A DNA stretch of 64,000 nucleotides, taken from assembly GCA_022813865.1 (NCBI GenBank), contig JALDZX010000022.1:62001-126000 (forward strand), given 5' to 3'. Shown in pieces: positions 11,737 to 24,870 of this stretch. The notes under the pieces are model-generated. The model was given only the letters and a program-made list of their open reading frames with translations. It was not told the DNA's origin and did no database searches. Position 1 is the stretch's first letter. Each line of letters opens with the position of its first letter. Source of the DNA: Xylographa opegraphella. Taxonomy: Eukaryota. A program made the translations under genes and the position numbers.

Positions 11737-13046
11737 TATGATTTCTGTTTGTGAGAGCCCGATTGTTATTTATGTAAGCCCGGGTGCTCGCTTGTCATTG
11801 CAGAGAAGTATCGCTCCTGTTCAAACCCGCCGCTATCTCGTAGATCGAGTGATAAAGAACTTCCAATTACGTGCTGATAATGCAGCGGGAGAGTTGCTGC
11901 TTTCACTATGGCTCAAGACATTACGATGTGTGAAGACCCTGTATCTGGACCTAGCGGCGCGAGTACATTGCCACCAGGAGTCTACAATAGCTTCTCACCG
12001 TTTAAGGTAAGCATTAAGGAGGTACCTTAACTGTAAGTATCTTTCTGGATGCAGGCATCATGATCAAGCACGCGATAGCCGCCGGCTTTAAACGCTGTAT
12101 TACCGCCGAGCCTGTATCCTAGTCCTATTGGATAATGACGTATGTGATTTGAAAGGCGATCAGCCAATTGTTCGAAAACTTGCACATCCATAATAGAATC
12201 CGGCCAATAAGCTCGAAGACCTTGCTTGATCGATCTTCTGAGCTTCCAGAGTCCAAAGCACCAAGCTATTTTATTGGGTAAGAAAATTCCTTTCGCCCCA
12301 TTTCGCTGGGCAGACGACCAGTCCGTCGAAGCGGACTGTATTATCTATATAGCGTTCTAAAATATTCTGTCGCAAGTGAATCATAACCAAGCAAATATTT
12401 AAATGCTTTGTGGTGTTGAATAGTACTGCTCAATTAAACACATGGCGTTTTCCCGGAGACAATTATCTTTCTGGTAGTTTCCAAAGGATGTATTGGCTGA
12501 TCCGATAAGTACGCTGGAAAAGGCCGGTTAAAAATCATACTACTTGTTTGTTGAATGATAGTATTGATGCCGGTGTGATAACACTACCTTGGTTATCATG
12601 AAGGGCACTGTCTCAGCCCTCTGCAGGGTACCAATTGTCTGCTGAATGCTCTTGGTCTAATACGTTGGTACACCAACGTCACGGCGAGCGGAAAGGGGGC
12701 AACAACGCTCGCGGAAGCTCTCGATATCGCTTTCAGGGGCCAATAATACACCATCAAATCGCTTACGGCTCTTACGAAGACAGAACGGCAATCATCCAGA
12801 GGGCATGGCTTCTGCGGCTCACGCCGGACGGCCGAGATGTACTCAAGTCGTGCTTCCCTACTTGCATAGCGGATTATATATTCCGCAAGAAATATCCTAC
12901 ATAGAATTGGATAGTATCGCCGACCATTCCAAGAGTTCAAGTGCTCCGGTTTGCCGACCAGCGACCGCCGACCATCCCCGAATCTACCATCACGCAAAAG
13001 ACGTCTATTCCGTACGAGCCCTCGCCAGCGACTTACATATCCCACA

Positions 13047-13550
13047 TCACCATCTCTCCCCATACCCGTCTCCCTCGCCCACCGACCCAACCCCCTCCCA
13101 CAGCGTCCCTTCCACCACACCCCAAGCAGCGCGAGCCCCACGCTCCCAGCCTCTCACGCCCCATGTCCTCTCCCGCTCCGGCCTAATGAAACTGTCCCCT
13201 TTCCTCTCCCCCCGCGCCACCCTCCGCTGCCGAGCCTCCCAGAGGCACTCCCCCAGGCACTTGGCGCACACACCTGGGATCCGCCTGTGGCTCTCCGCGC
13301 GACGCCCGTCGTCCCCACTGTACATGGTGATGGCTAAGGTGCCGCAATGCGGAAGACCCGGCGAGCCGCCCACCCACGGCAGGCAGAAGCGCTTCTGCGC
13401 CCGGAGCTCCGGGAACGCGGCCGCGTATGGGAAAGAGAAGGAGTACGAGTGGGTCGTCGGCGTCGGGTGGGCGGCGCGCGGACAGCACTGCCCGCGGAGC
13501 CAGACGACGTGGTTGCAGGGGAAGCCCCAGTAATAGGCGATCTGGCACAT
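13047..13550 (-). CDS. Small Cys-rich hypothetical protein
   Basis: ATG-initiated 167-aa ORF in a GC-rich patch, pattern MC-x9-C-N-H...CC...C-x2-C, resembling small fungal putative Zn-binding orphans. No family recognised. Confidence 0.4.
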   Translation of the reverse strand: MCQIAYYWGFPCNHVVWLRGQCCPRAAHPTPTTHSYSFSFPYAAAFPELRAQKRFCLPWVGGSPGLPHCGTLAITMYSGDDGRRAESHRRIPGVCAKCLGECLWEARQRRVARGERKGDSFIRPERERTWGVRGWERGARAAWGVVEGTLWEGVGSVGEGDGYGERW

Positions 13551-16500
13551 TGGGCGACGGTGCGTGGGAGCAGATGGAAGGGGGGTTGAGGGAGACGGTT
13601 GGACGTGGAAATCGAATGTTGCAATAAATATAGCGAAAGATAGGAGAGAAAAGACTGTGTTTTTGGGAAAAGATATATTACTTCAGTGATACGGAGAAAT
13701 GGTTGTCTGTAAAGTTGCGGTTGAGAATGCGAAGATTGAAGGTCACTGATTCAGCGAAAATTGAGGACCACTGATCAAGCGGAAGAGGGAAGGTGCCATG
13801 TGTCAAGTGCCTCGCCAACAGGCGGAAGCGTCGGATGGCTATTGCCTTCTGGAAAGTATAAGGTCCTTCAACGAAGCAGGAGCATTGGATTGATTTGCCA
13901 GTTTGACAAGGCGAGCTTTCGCGGATGAATAAAGGCATTTCGATCGTCATTAATCCAGTGTTTTGTGATTGTCTGTAGAGGAGTAAGTAACAGGTAGAAA
14001 AGATCGAGAGGGACTCAATGTATACAGAAATTAGTACGATCACTGCGGCACGTGAAGCGTATACAAAAACCGAACGTCACACAGGCCTCAGACAGATTCC
14101 ATGCTCGAGAATGCCCGCACTAAGGAGATCTGATGACTTTGAAGTCGTGATGTAGTTCCTCCAAGGAAATAGATGCCGATTGTCAGCACATTTACCACCT
14201 TCTCGCGTATGGAAGTTCCAGCCCATGGTTTGATCCAGATCATGACGGCCACATCCGCGAGGCTAAATCTTCGCTACACGCCTAAGCGTTTGTGGGCCGA
14301 CCTCGCTACCGCAGTTTCTTTCGTTGCAACTGTGGTTGTGGCCAAAGCGAGACTTTTGGAATCAAAGTGTGAACGTTGTCATGGAGAAAGTACGCTCTGG
14401 ACCAACAGCGTCTTGTGCGACGTTGGGCTCGGCTCTTACGACTATGACCAGCGGCCCACAGTTGAGCACGAGCAATACAGTGGCATGGCCGACTCCCTGC
14501 CTTCGTTCACACACGCCCATTAGCCATGACCCGGACTGTCGAGCACGTCAGTCGCGTATGAATCGACATTAGGATCGGGATATCGTAGTGCTTTAGTATG
14601 CACCGTAGCTCACGCCACCCGGGCCCTGGAAGTAGAGCAAATGGTTGGATGCAGCGTCCATGCAGCGAGCCTTTGCAATCCGCCTCGGAGCCTATCGCTG
14701 CACCACACCGGGCCAAGCTTTCTTATCGAGAGAGGCCCTGCCAACTCTACCACGGCTCGTATAGCAAACGATCGCTTCGGGCAGGCTGCAGCCGTTCGTG
14801 CAGCGTCAAGGTCCGAAAGTGGTCTCGAAACCCAGGAGCATAACTTGTTGGGCTGTGTGCATAAGGCCAATAGTGGAAACGGCAATGCTGTGCAACGGTC
14901 CTCGATGCGGTGCAATCTTCCCCGCCAGCACGAGACCCCACAATGCGTCGATCGTCATGACAGCGTCGGGGCGGATGCACTCGCAGAACCTGTCATTATC
15001 GTGGATGGGGGTGATACAGCGTCGTACCATGTGATGCAAGGCCTTCGATCTCGTCCACTCAAGCCGTGCTCCTGCAAAGTGTGTGGGTGCCGTGCCTCTC
15101 GAAGGGAAAGACCGTCCCGATGATTGGCCGTCAAGCCCGTTGCGAAGTCTGAGGCAGGAGTAGGAAAGATCTCTCGACCAGAACGTCCGCACTACACGCT
15201 TAAGGTAGGATCTGACGAGATCGCTGTTTATTCAAAAGCTAATTTTTACATGGCACGTCAGCCGTTGGTGAGGTCCACATTTCTCCTGCGCCCTCCAGCC
15301 GTCCGCGTTATGGCCATACGGCGGCGTTCTGGATGTCAGCTTCTTACGGCCATGGCACGAAAGGATCGGTGTTGAGAAATGAGCAAGGTATGGTACGACG
15401 CGGCATCGGTAAACCGGCGAGATAGCCGTTACGTGTTTGAAAGTAGCTTCAGAAGAGAACAAGGAGATTCGGGCTTAGAGACTGGAAGGGACGGAAATGT
15501 TAGAAGCCTCCTGGGAAACAACGTCTCGGAAATGTGGTCTTCTAGCGGTAGTATGTCCGGAACTCGGACTGCGAAGGTCAATGCTGGAGCAGCGCAGACA
15601 CGAAAAGGGGAAATGCAGGAATCAGCTTCATTATTTCTATTCAACAATGGTATCCACTTCGAAATAAATTGGTCCGACTGTATGCTTCCGATGGGCTTGC
15701 TGGATTTGGTAGCAATGTCCGACTATGCTGCACTGCTGGGACTGTAATCTTTGGGCGATAATAGCGACAAGGCCGTGAGGAATTCATGCCTCATGCCCTA
15801 TGATCAGGACCAATAATCCTAACAATACGATGAGGAAACTCAAGTCACGTAGCCAGAGGCACCGCAAAGCCTTGTTGCTGGACAGCTTGGCGAGAACGGG
15901 GCACTGATAGTTTGCTGTTCACGCCACAAAGCAGCGACAGGTAGAGCTGGCAATCGTTTATTACATGATTGCGCAAGGTTGCTTCCATGACCTCGCTTTA
16001 CATTTTCGCGTTGCTAAGCATGGACTGATCGGAACGGCTAGTCATCCAAATCTTCCAACGCTACAGCGAATATCCCACTGGTAGTGATGATCGACTTCAA
16101 ATACCTCGAGAGACATGTTTGTAGATCCAATGGCAGAGGCACTGTCTGGCTGCAACTTACAACGGCGTCTTGAAAGGCATAATCGCAGAGTGCCACAGTA
16201 ATCGGAGCAAGCCTCGCAAACTCGTCTCAGGGTCAGCCAGGCAGCTGGTTGACCTCAAACGGGGCCCGCAGGCTTCCGAGGAATTGACCCTATTGGCTGC
16301 ACTGGGCAACCACCCGAGATTGTAGCTGTATGTATGTAGTCTGACCGTATCGATGTGATCGACGCTGCCTTGGTATTCGCAGCTAAGGCAGGGTGAGATT
16401 GCGGCGTCGAGAGGTGGACGGTTCCGCCGCTGAGGCTGTCGAGCCGGAGCAGGCCGATACCTTCTTCGACTCTCAACAGCAGCTGAGGCTAAGATGTCGA

Positions 16501-19500
16501 GCTTTCAACGTCGTCGCTTGTGGAGGCAGCCGATTGGAGTGGCGCGTGGTCCAGCAACGTGAGTCTTGTTCGAGATCGTTAAGGACTGCCCCTTCGGAAG
16601 GGTGATGATGAAGCGTTTCAGGAGCTTCGAGCAGGATGATAGGCCCGGTCAAGCGTGGTGGAGGCGTGCCCGGCATCGAGCACCCGTCCGTGATCTGGGG
16701 GTTGAGCAGCGACTCCACCGCGGGCTCGAGATGGAAGGCAGCAAGGTACCATGGGGCAGTGGGGCAGTGGGCATACGATGGAGCACCGTCTGGCGGACGG
16801 AGCGCCTGCTGACACGGCTTGTGTGGAGAGCAACGGGCGGGCGAAGAGGCTCCATGAGTCCATCCGGGCTTTGGTGATCGACTTAAGCTTCAATAGCTCA
16901 AAGTAAAAGCGAACAGCGGAGGGAAAAAAGCGGAACCGCGCTGGGGCAGTTCGTCACGCCGGTAGGGTTAGGCAGGCACGGACCGCTATCGCCCCCATAG
17001 CCTCCAGCCTACCCAGGTAGCATGCGTATAGGCCGAAAAGCCTAAGGTGGAACGCTGTCACTCCGCATCCCCTGCCTTTGTGCAGAGTCGTGGTCCATGG
17101 CCAGCTCGCGGCGTTGGATGCCCCGTCCTGGTGTCGGCGACGACTGTTCAGAGCCCCCACACCCACTCCGAATTGAATAATCAAACCCCCCTCCCCCCCT
17201 CCCCCCTTCCGGCTGCTGCTGAATCGTCGGTCGATCCGGTAGGAATGTGAGCATCAGCTGGACCATGACGACGAACGACGTCCGACGACGGGACGTGGTC
17301 GGGCTTGACATGTGTCGCAATTTTGATACCGCTGCGTCCTCCCGGATCGGAGAATAGTCGACATCCAGGGCGAATGGGAGGTGCGCACCTGCAGCGAATC
17401 AGAAAGAGGAAGGCAAACGAGCAGAGGCTCGATAACGGGGCATGGGATTCCGAATACCGTGGCTGCTCCGCGTCCCTCGATGGGTCCGGGCAGAGGCAGA
17501 GAGGCGGCATCTGCACTCCTGGGAAGGCTGTTTCGGATACCTTCGGTGACACAGTTGCGCTCGATCGACTGGTCGAGGAAGCGGCCGTAGACGACAGCCT
17601 CGCCCGTGCCTTTTCACGATGCGATGTGTGTTCAGGTGCGTTGGCAATGGGCGCCCTTCACTTGGTTCCTGCATCGTGCGGCCCGGCACGTTACCAGCAC
17701 AAAAGCCCTGTCTCGGTACTGGCAGCAATGAGGTCAAGCTTCATGCTACCCTGGCGAACACGAGCTGCAGCGAGCGCGACAGCGAAAGTCCTCGATGCTG
17801 GAAGTACCCAAATCCAAATATGAACGGCTTCCTTCCCCACCCCCCACCCCGGCAGAAGCAATCTGCGTCCGCAGCAGAAACGTTCGAGACGCTAACTTCA
17901 TGCACATCTGACTCCCTCCACAAAGCTGGCCATGACTTAAACCCCAAAAGCAAGCTCGTACGGTCGAGTATACGACGCCATAACATTCCTGGTCTCTGAT
18001 CCGTCCCGCTTTGGCTTCCCCTCGACCTGACCTCGACCGGGCCCGACAGCTCGTCTCGATCCACATCAGACTTTGGCCCTCTGTGTCTCCGATTCTCCAC
18101 TCCGTCAGTCCTCGAGGACCGTTGGCTCGAAGCCGGACATCGATGCTGAGCTCATCGGCTGTCTTTCATCCAGCTACATCGGCGGTACGCCGGCTATCAC
18201 TCCATTCACTCCCGGTAGCTCACAACGTTCTCGCGACTGCTACAAGTATAAGACGTGGCCGACAGTCCAAGTCGAAGTCACTCGTCGGCTGGTGGAGTAT
18301 ATACACATCGGACATCCGAAATCTAGCCGCGACGTTGGGCTTGGGATACAGAACGGCAACTGCTGTTGCGGAGAGATCACTCGAAGGCTACCTGCGACGT
18401 CCAGGATCGCCGCCCCATCATTCGCCAGGTTCAGCGCTCCTGGTAATCCTCCCCACACTACGACTCTGCAAGGGAATTGACTAGGATTACATTAGACCCA
18501 TAGGAGAACCCGGTCCTTCGCTCCCAAGGCCGAGGGCATTATTTCCACACCTCCCGTACTTCGGCGTGCGACTCGGCGAATCAAGACCGGCCAGCAACGG
18601 CCTTCGTCTGTGATCGGAGGGACTCGTGGATTCCCTGACATCTCTCGTCAAGGTCAGTTCTGCACATCATGCATCACCAGCGGAAGAGCAGGGCTGGAAA
18701 GTATCATGGCCTTGCTTATGCTTACCATCCTATTGCGAGGAATTGTGAGACGCTTACGAGGACGTCTCGATTAACGGGCTTTAGGGGCCGCTTCTAAGGG
18801 ACGGAGAAGCCCACGCGCGCAGGAAGAAGTGTGCGCCGCAGCTGCACCTCGACTCCCTTCAGCCGTTCCGTCGCTGGCGCTCCCTCAAGGGGCTCCCTCT
18901 CCCTGCTTCCGCGGCGGCGTTAAAAATTATCAGCGGGGGACCAACAGTCAACAGTGGCTTTAGAGGTACGGCCGTTCCCACACGATCGCCTATCTTTGCG
19001 GGACGCTCATCACTGATCATGGGCTGACTAGCTACGCAGACCCTTGCAGCCCACCCACACCGTCGTCGTGACCCAATAATGAATCACCTAAACAATTGTA
19101 AGCAGACCTTCTTACTCGTCAATGCCATGTCTCTTTCGTTGCCGCACTGGAATGCGAGCTGTACGCGAGCGGAGCACATAAAGTCCGACTCTTGTTGAGA
19201 TGCTATTTGTCAAATCCCGAGGTGACGTGGGATGTGCAACCTGTTCGAGCTGTTTTGCTTTATTGCCAACGTCCTGCAATATCTCTGTCCCAATACCACG
19301 GTTGCGACATTCCCCCTCCCCCCCCGCCCCTTTCCCGATGCAAGAAAGAGCGACGGAGACTTTGCGAGCTTGTTCTGCCTCAAAGGCGCTGCAGCCTAAC
19401 ATCGTGTGCTGATCCGGCATGACTCGGTCGACTGAAACTGGATTATAGCGCTGCTGCAGACTCCATTCGAATATCCATCCCAGGCCGATCATGACTACGA

Positions 19501-19679
19501 TGCATTAGAGCACCCTCGGCCATATTCAACACATCCAGCGTTCGAGAACGAGGGGTCGGCAAGCACGATCTTCCGGCCTGAGAGCTACGGTACGATCAGC
19601 CATCCACACAGCCTCCCATACACGGTACAGAACGCGGGTTTTGATTACAGGCAGCCCGTGGCCAATCCTGGCAAGCAGG

Positions 19680-22124
19680 ATGTATCGTAAGTGCAGCACT
19701 TTTGTCCAGGGGTCGGTCTTTCGGACGCCTTGTTTTGATGCACGTAATCTTTGCCTTATGATCCTTCCAAATGCCTTGTTTCCGCTTCCTTCCATTTGTT
19801 ACACTCGCCATTTCTCGCGCCTCCCTATTGTCAGCACCCTATTGGCACCGTCGTGCTGGATCGATGTGTTAGACGCCCGAACCTCTCATTCTCGCGTCGT
19901 ACAGAAAATTCCCGGCACTGTGGCTCACCCATATGATCACACGGTGACCCTGGCCTAGTACCACCCTTGAGGCATGCATTAGCTGTCATTCCGCCGTGAG
20001 CTGGCGTTCTTCCACGAAAACCACACCCATCGTCTCCTACACCATACTGTGCATGCGTGGGGCAGAGACGCAGTCACTGAGCTAACAATGTGAGGTGTCA
20101 GGTTCCAGATCGGTTCTGGAATATCCGTTAGTTCACTCACTTCAAGTCACGGCCCATCGTCCACTAGTCCCAGCTCAGCCGCATCTTCCTTCGCATTCGT
20201 CCAGAACTCGTACCAGCCCGGTCTGAACGGTTCGTATCACTTAGGGTCTTATTCCACTCCGGCGTCGTCCCTACATTCGCCGACCCTCAACTATCCTCAG
20301 AGCTTTTTACACAGTTCTCTGGAGGTCAGACCTCGATTGTCGACAATGTGTGTAGCCTTCCTGCGTTTTATACCCCAAATCAGCTATAATAATCTCATCA
20401 TCTAATCGATGTTGTCGAGAGCTAGACAGTCGGCCTCGGGTATGCCGCCACCCTCACGCTCGTCAACAAACCACAGTCCAGTATCACCATCGCTCGGGAC
20501 GAGCCTGAGGGACGGTTACTCCGCTTGCATACCATATTCTTCAAGGCACGGTCTGCCACATCACGGAACTCCACATCACAGCAATCTTTACAACCTCTCT
20601 AACCCCCAGCTATCACCAATTTTGGCAATGTCAAGGACTCTAGACTCATCTGCAAGTCGCGGTTCACCCACAGCAGGCAGCGGCTTCAACCCTATCTCCG
20701 CGTCCATGCAACTTAGTCCAAATTCGCAATACCACCTAGAGGCGCCATGTGTCCCGCCATTCGACACGACGAAACAGTTCCATCAAATTGTCGACGCCAA
20801 TGGCTCGTCGATCCATGTTGACCTTCAAGCTAGGATCGATAAGGGTTTCTTCAAAGCTGAATCGGACTGGACTTGCTATCGCCGGAACTACTTCTCTGTA
20901 GCTTGCTGCTACTGTCTCAAGCCGGATGTAGACCTTTCGACTCGCCAATTGTATCTCTTAGGTTCAAGCAACAGGGATCGTATCCAATCGTTCTCCGTTC
21001 TCATCACTGCCAAGATCGACGGCGAAGAAGGTAAGGTCATCGACCTAGTTCAGCATACCCCGAAGCGCGACAAAGGACCCATGGGGCCACCAGACCGGAC
21101 CGAAGTGGCTCCGCACCCGTCTGGGAATCTGGGAGTTTTCAATTCAGGTGTTACTTACAGTACGGAGACGCAGATGTCCTCGGATTTCAGTCAGGCCTAC
21201 CCAACAGGCGGACAAACCCAGAACGTGGCCAATTTCGACCGCATCCAGTTCAAGAAAGCTACAGCAAACAATGGCAAAAGGAGAGCTGCGCAGCAATACT
21301 TCCATATCATTGTGGAGTTGTATGCAAAGGTCAGTCGTGGAACGTCGTCAGAAATGCAGGAGGTCAAGGTTGCTCATCGAGTATCTGCTCCTATGGTCGT
21401 CCGTGGTCGATCTCCCGGACATTACTCCGATGAGCGCAGAGGAAGCTCAACGAGTATGGGCCCGTCCGGTGGGTCAGGTGGCGACTATAACCACGGGCAA
21501 AGAGATTCGGGCTCTGCGGGGCCGTCGGGAGTAGCGCACGGTAGCATCTCTGGACTATCATATACCACCTCCAGCCATGGAGGTAGCGGGGGGTATCAAA
21601 CTCACCATACCACACTTGTTCGTTCACCAACAGCGAGTCACTCAGACCCGTCCTCGGAGTCTTCCAGTAATCGGGGTAATCGTGGGGGTTTTGGTGGCAG
21701 ACATTCTCACCCGGCTCCGACCTTAGAAGAAGCTGCCAACATCGATGAATATCCCGGATATCAATACTTCCCCGCTACTTTATACGAAACCCCTAACCAT
21801 ATCGAGCCCAGCCGCGCAGGTTCATCTGGCTTCCGATGCGATTTACCCAAGCCGGGAGATAATCCTGTTTCGACCAGCAGTTCTATCACAGACTTCATCA
21901 TGTCACCCCGCATACCTACCAGTCACGACTCCTCAAAGTCTTATGTGAAAGCAGAGCAACCTCGGAAGCACCTACTGGAGGGCCTAACCCATGGGCACTC
22001 CGAGTACGGTACGAATGCTTACATGGCATCTTCCAACCACATACCTAGCGTACTGAGAACCTGTGGGAGATTCCAAGGAGTGGAAAGCAGCAAAGGCTAT
22101 TATCCCATCATGCCTACTCTTTAA
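19680..22124 (+). CDS. NDT80/PhoG-family transcription factor (Ndt80/FSD-1/NdtA-like)
   Basis: DNA-binding domain motifs RIDKGFF..WTCYRRNYFSV, LVQHTPKRDKGP, FDRIQFKKATANNGKRRAAQQYFHIIVEL and SAPMVVRGRSPGHY. Phase-consistent model: exons 19680-19686, 19959-19995, 20102-20347 and 20426-22124. The 5' exons are less certain than the domain. Confidence 0.9.
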
Positions 22125-23256
22125 TCGTCAGCGCTTCCGGTTATTGCATCACGACGATCCTGATCACAAGAACTTCATCTACATCTAAATGTGTGCTTTG
22201 TATCTGATTTCAGCCGCCGTCTCTATGGGACTTGTTTTGCGGTATGGTTTTCCTTTGGGTGCGACTGCAATAGATTCGATATCTGCTTGTCATTCTGCAT
22301 AGGTTCATGGCTGTTCCGACCTCCACTTTTCTCCGCGACTGGAATCAGCGCATTGTTTAGTTGTACACGATAATTTTTCGGGCGGCGTTTGTGCGCCATA
22401 GATTTTGGCAAACCAATGGGGATGGGAAACTCCAGGCACGGTCATTGCGATGGCGCTATATACCTTACGGTAAGGAAGCAGGCATAGGCAAAAGGGCTTG
22501 GTCAAGGACATATGGCTCCAGGAGCACGGGATCCAACAAGGGCATGGGGACAGATGGGGGCGCTGGACTGGGTTTGGATCAAAACTATGAGGTACTTGAA
22601 CCGTGTTGCTGGATATGGAGCCATGCTATTTTTTATTTAATGGGTGCCGGGCTGCACAGGCAGCGCTGCAGCAGTAGATATCTCTCGTTCGCTACCGCCA
22701 ATGATTATATATTAGATTCTATATTGTTTGGATAGGTCATCGGACTGAAAAGCGACGGGACATTGTGAATTTCCGACACGAGCGCAGTGAATATGTCCAT
22801 CTAAGGTATCTTACCTTACGTAGTACCCTACCCTACCTACCTAGTACCATGATCGTCGATGCTTGATTGGGACCTAGCCTCCCGCAACCCCCTTGCAAGC
22901 CCTCGGCACCCCTCTGATTCCAGTAAGGCCAAGCGTCATCACTGCCATCAAGTTTCCGCCAACACATCCTTTTGAACGAGCACGATAATACTTTCCATTC
23001 ACCAATATTCACATCACACCACCTTCAACCCTCACGCTCCGCTCCGCTTTCCATCACTTCCCACTCTGCACAGCTGGGTTATATACCCGTGTGCCGACTC
23101 TTACCGCTCAGAAACCTCGGATCCTACCAGTTCCTCCGACGTCACCGACCAAATAGGGCACCATTGGTATCACTGGGAAAAATATTTAGTTGTCCCGCTT
23201 TCACATTACGCAAGTGAACCGCCTTCCTCCACCTTCGGTGCTCTTGAAACTCCCCG

Positions 23257-24870
23257 ATGTCTCGATACAGTGGTGGTGGCGGTGAGCGGTGGGACCGCGA
23301 TCGATTTGAGCGCGCTCGAGGGGCTCCGATTGTTGAGCGAGAGCGTTTTTTCGAAGAGCGAGACCGCTATGCTGGAGGGGGCAGCAGAGTTCGGGAAAGC
23401 TCCGTTGATGAGGTCTATGTTGGTGGAGGCGGCGGACGTCGAGCACCGATTCACTACGAAGAAAAGGATCGCTACGTCATGGAAGAGAAATTCGCGCGAC
23501 CTACCCGACCGCGAGGGGGCCCCCCTGGGAGATATTACGATGAGGAAGGGGAAGACTTGGAAGGCAGTCCTGGTAGAGACGGGCAAATGATCCCGTTCGA
23601 GCGCCGTAGGCAGAGTATCACAGAGCGCTTTGGCCCACCTGCCGCACGTCGCGGACCCCCGAGACCCACGTTCATTAGACGGCAATCCAGTCTGGACACG
23701 TTTGACAGAAAGCCAATGCCAAGATATGGAGATAGGATGAGGGAGCCACCGGAAATTATTGCCATTCCTTCTAGGCCAAGGCGTCGAAGTCCGCCACGGT
23801 TTGTGGAAAGAGAATACGAAGAGATAAGAGGTCCAGATCCCGAATACTATCCCGAGGAAGAGTTTCGGGGCTACAAAGAGCGGGAGATAATTACCGAGAG
23901 ACGAAGGCGTGCAGACAGCGAGGTCAGGGAGAGAGATGAGATCTATGAGGAAAAGGAGGAAATTGTGGAAAGCCCGTTCCCAAAAAAGGGTAAGACAAAG
24001 ATGCCAATGAGATTGATCAACAAACGGGCCGTGATCGAGTTGGGGTATCCATTTGAGCAGGAGGTACAATCAACTGTATTCCTTTCGTGCCGGGCAACCT
24101 TGACTAATGAGTCGCAGGGCGATACCCTCATCATACTGAAAGCGCTGGGAAAGGAGCATATCGATGAAGTCATCAGAATCAGTCGTGAAATGAATGCCAA
24201 TGGGGCGGAAACGAAGGTTCAGGAGAGTAAGTCTTCTACTACATTTCCGGTGACTAAGATGCAAAGAATAACATCCTTGCCAGGTCGCACGACTTACATG
24301 ATTGAAGCCCCATCTGCACCTGAAGAAGAAGAAATTGTTAAACGCCGTACTGAAATTATTCGTGAAGGTCCCGCAAGCGAGGTGCCACGCTCCGTCCGTG
24401 AATGGGATATGATGTCTAACAACCTGAAGTCTGAGCGCTCTCCATCGCCTGGCGCCAAGTCCGCCAAATCCCACAAGACGAGCAAGACGAATAAGACAAG
24501 CAAGTCTCGCAATCCATCCCCATCAGCTAAATCCAGTAAGTCTCGGCATCGGTCTGTCTCCGAGGCCTCCACACGTCGTGAAGTGTTTTATCCGGTGGAA
24601 GACAAGGACGAGAGCGGCACTATTCACGGATTCGCAGGGGCGCTTCAGGTTCACGAAAGCAGATCTAGGAGCAGACGTGATACCCAAAGCATCAAAGCAG
24701 AAATCAAGGCACTGGAAGCAGAGAAAAAGGCGCTGAAATATGAAAGGGAAATGGAGAGGGAGAGACAGAAAGCTGATCGGTATCGAGACTCCGAAATCGA
24801 GATTATTCGGGATAGAGATGTTGTTAAGATTGAGAAGGATCGGAAAGGTAGGCTGAGTCTCGTTCGTTAA
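23257..24870 (+). CDS. Conserved fungal Arg/Glu-rich protein (DUF8035-like domain)
   Basis: Starts MSRYSGGGGERWDRDRFER and contains RRQSSLDTFDRKP and PKKGKTKMPMRLINKRAVIELGYPFEQE/GDTLIILKALGKEHIDEVI. In-frame introns at 24064-24117 and 24227-24283. Confidence 0.75.
   Translation: MSRYSGGGGERWDRDRFERARGAPIVERERFFEERDRYAGGGSRVRESSVDEVYVGGGGGRRAPIHYEEKDRYVMEEKFARPTRPRGGPPGRYYDEEGEDLEGSPGRDGQMIPFERRRQSITERFGPPAARRGPPRPTFIRRQSSLDTFDRKPMPRYGDRMREPPEIIAIPSRPRRRSPPRFVEREYEEIRGPDPEYYPEEEFRGYKEREIITERRRRADSEVRERDEIYEEKEEIVESPFPKKGKTKMPMRLINKRAVIELGYPFEQEVQSTVFLSCRATLTNESQGDTLIILKALGKEHIDEVIRISREMNANGAETKVQESKSSTTFPVTKMQRITSLPGRTTYMIEAPSAPEEEEIVKRRTEIIREGPASEVPRSVREWDMMSNNLKSERSPSPGAKSAKSHKTSKTNKTSKSRNPSPSAKSSKSRHRSVSEASTRREVFYPVEDKDESGTIHGFAGALQVHESRSRSRRDTQSIKAEIKALEAEKKALKYEREMERERQKADRYRDSEIEIIRDRDVVKIEKDRKGRLSLVR

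Noticed and set aside
14173..19500. Dozens of 60-170 aa ORFs on both strands upstream of NDT80
   Set aside because: They overlap one another, mostly use non-ATG starts, are Arg/Ser/Pro-rich and lack domain motifs, as expected by chance in moderately GC-rich DNA.
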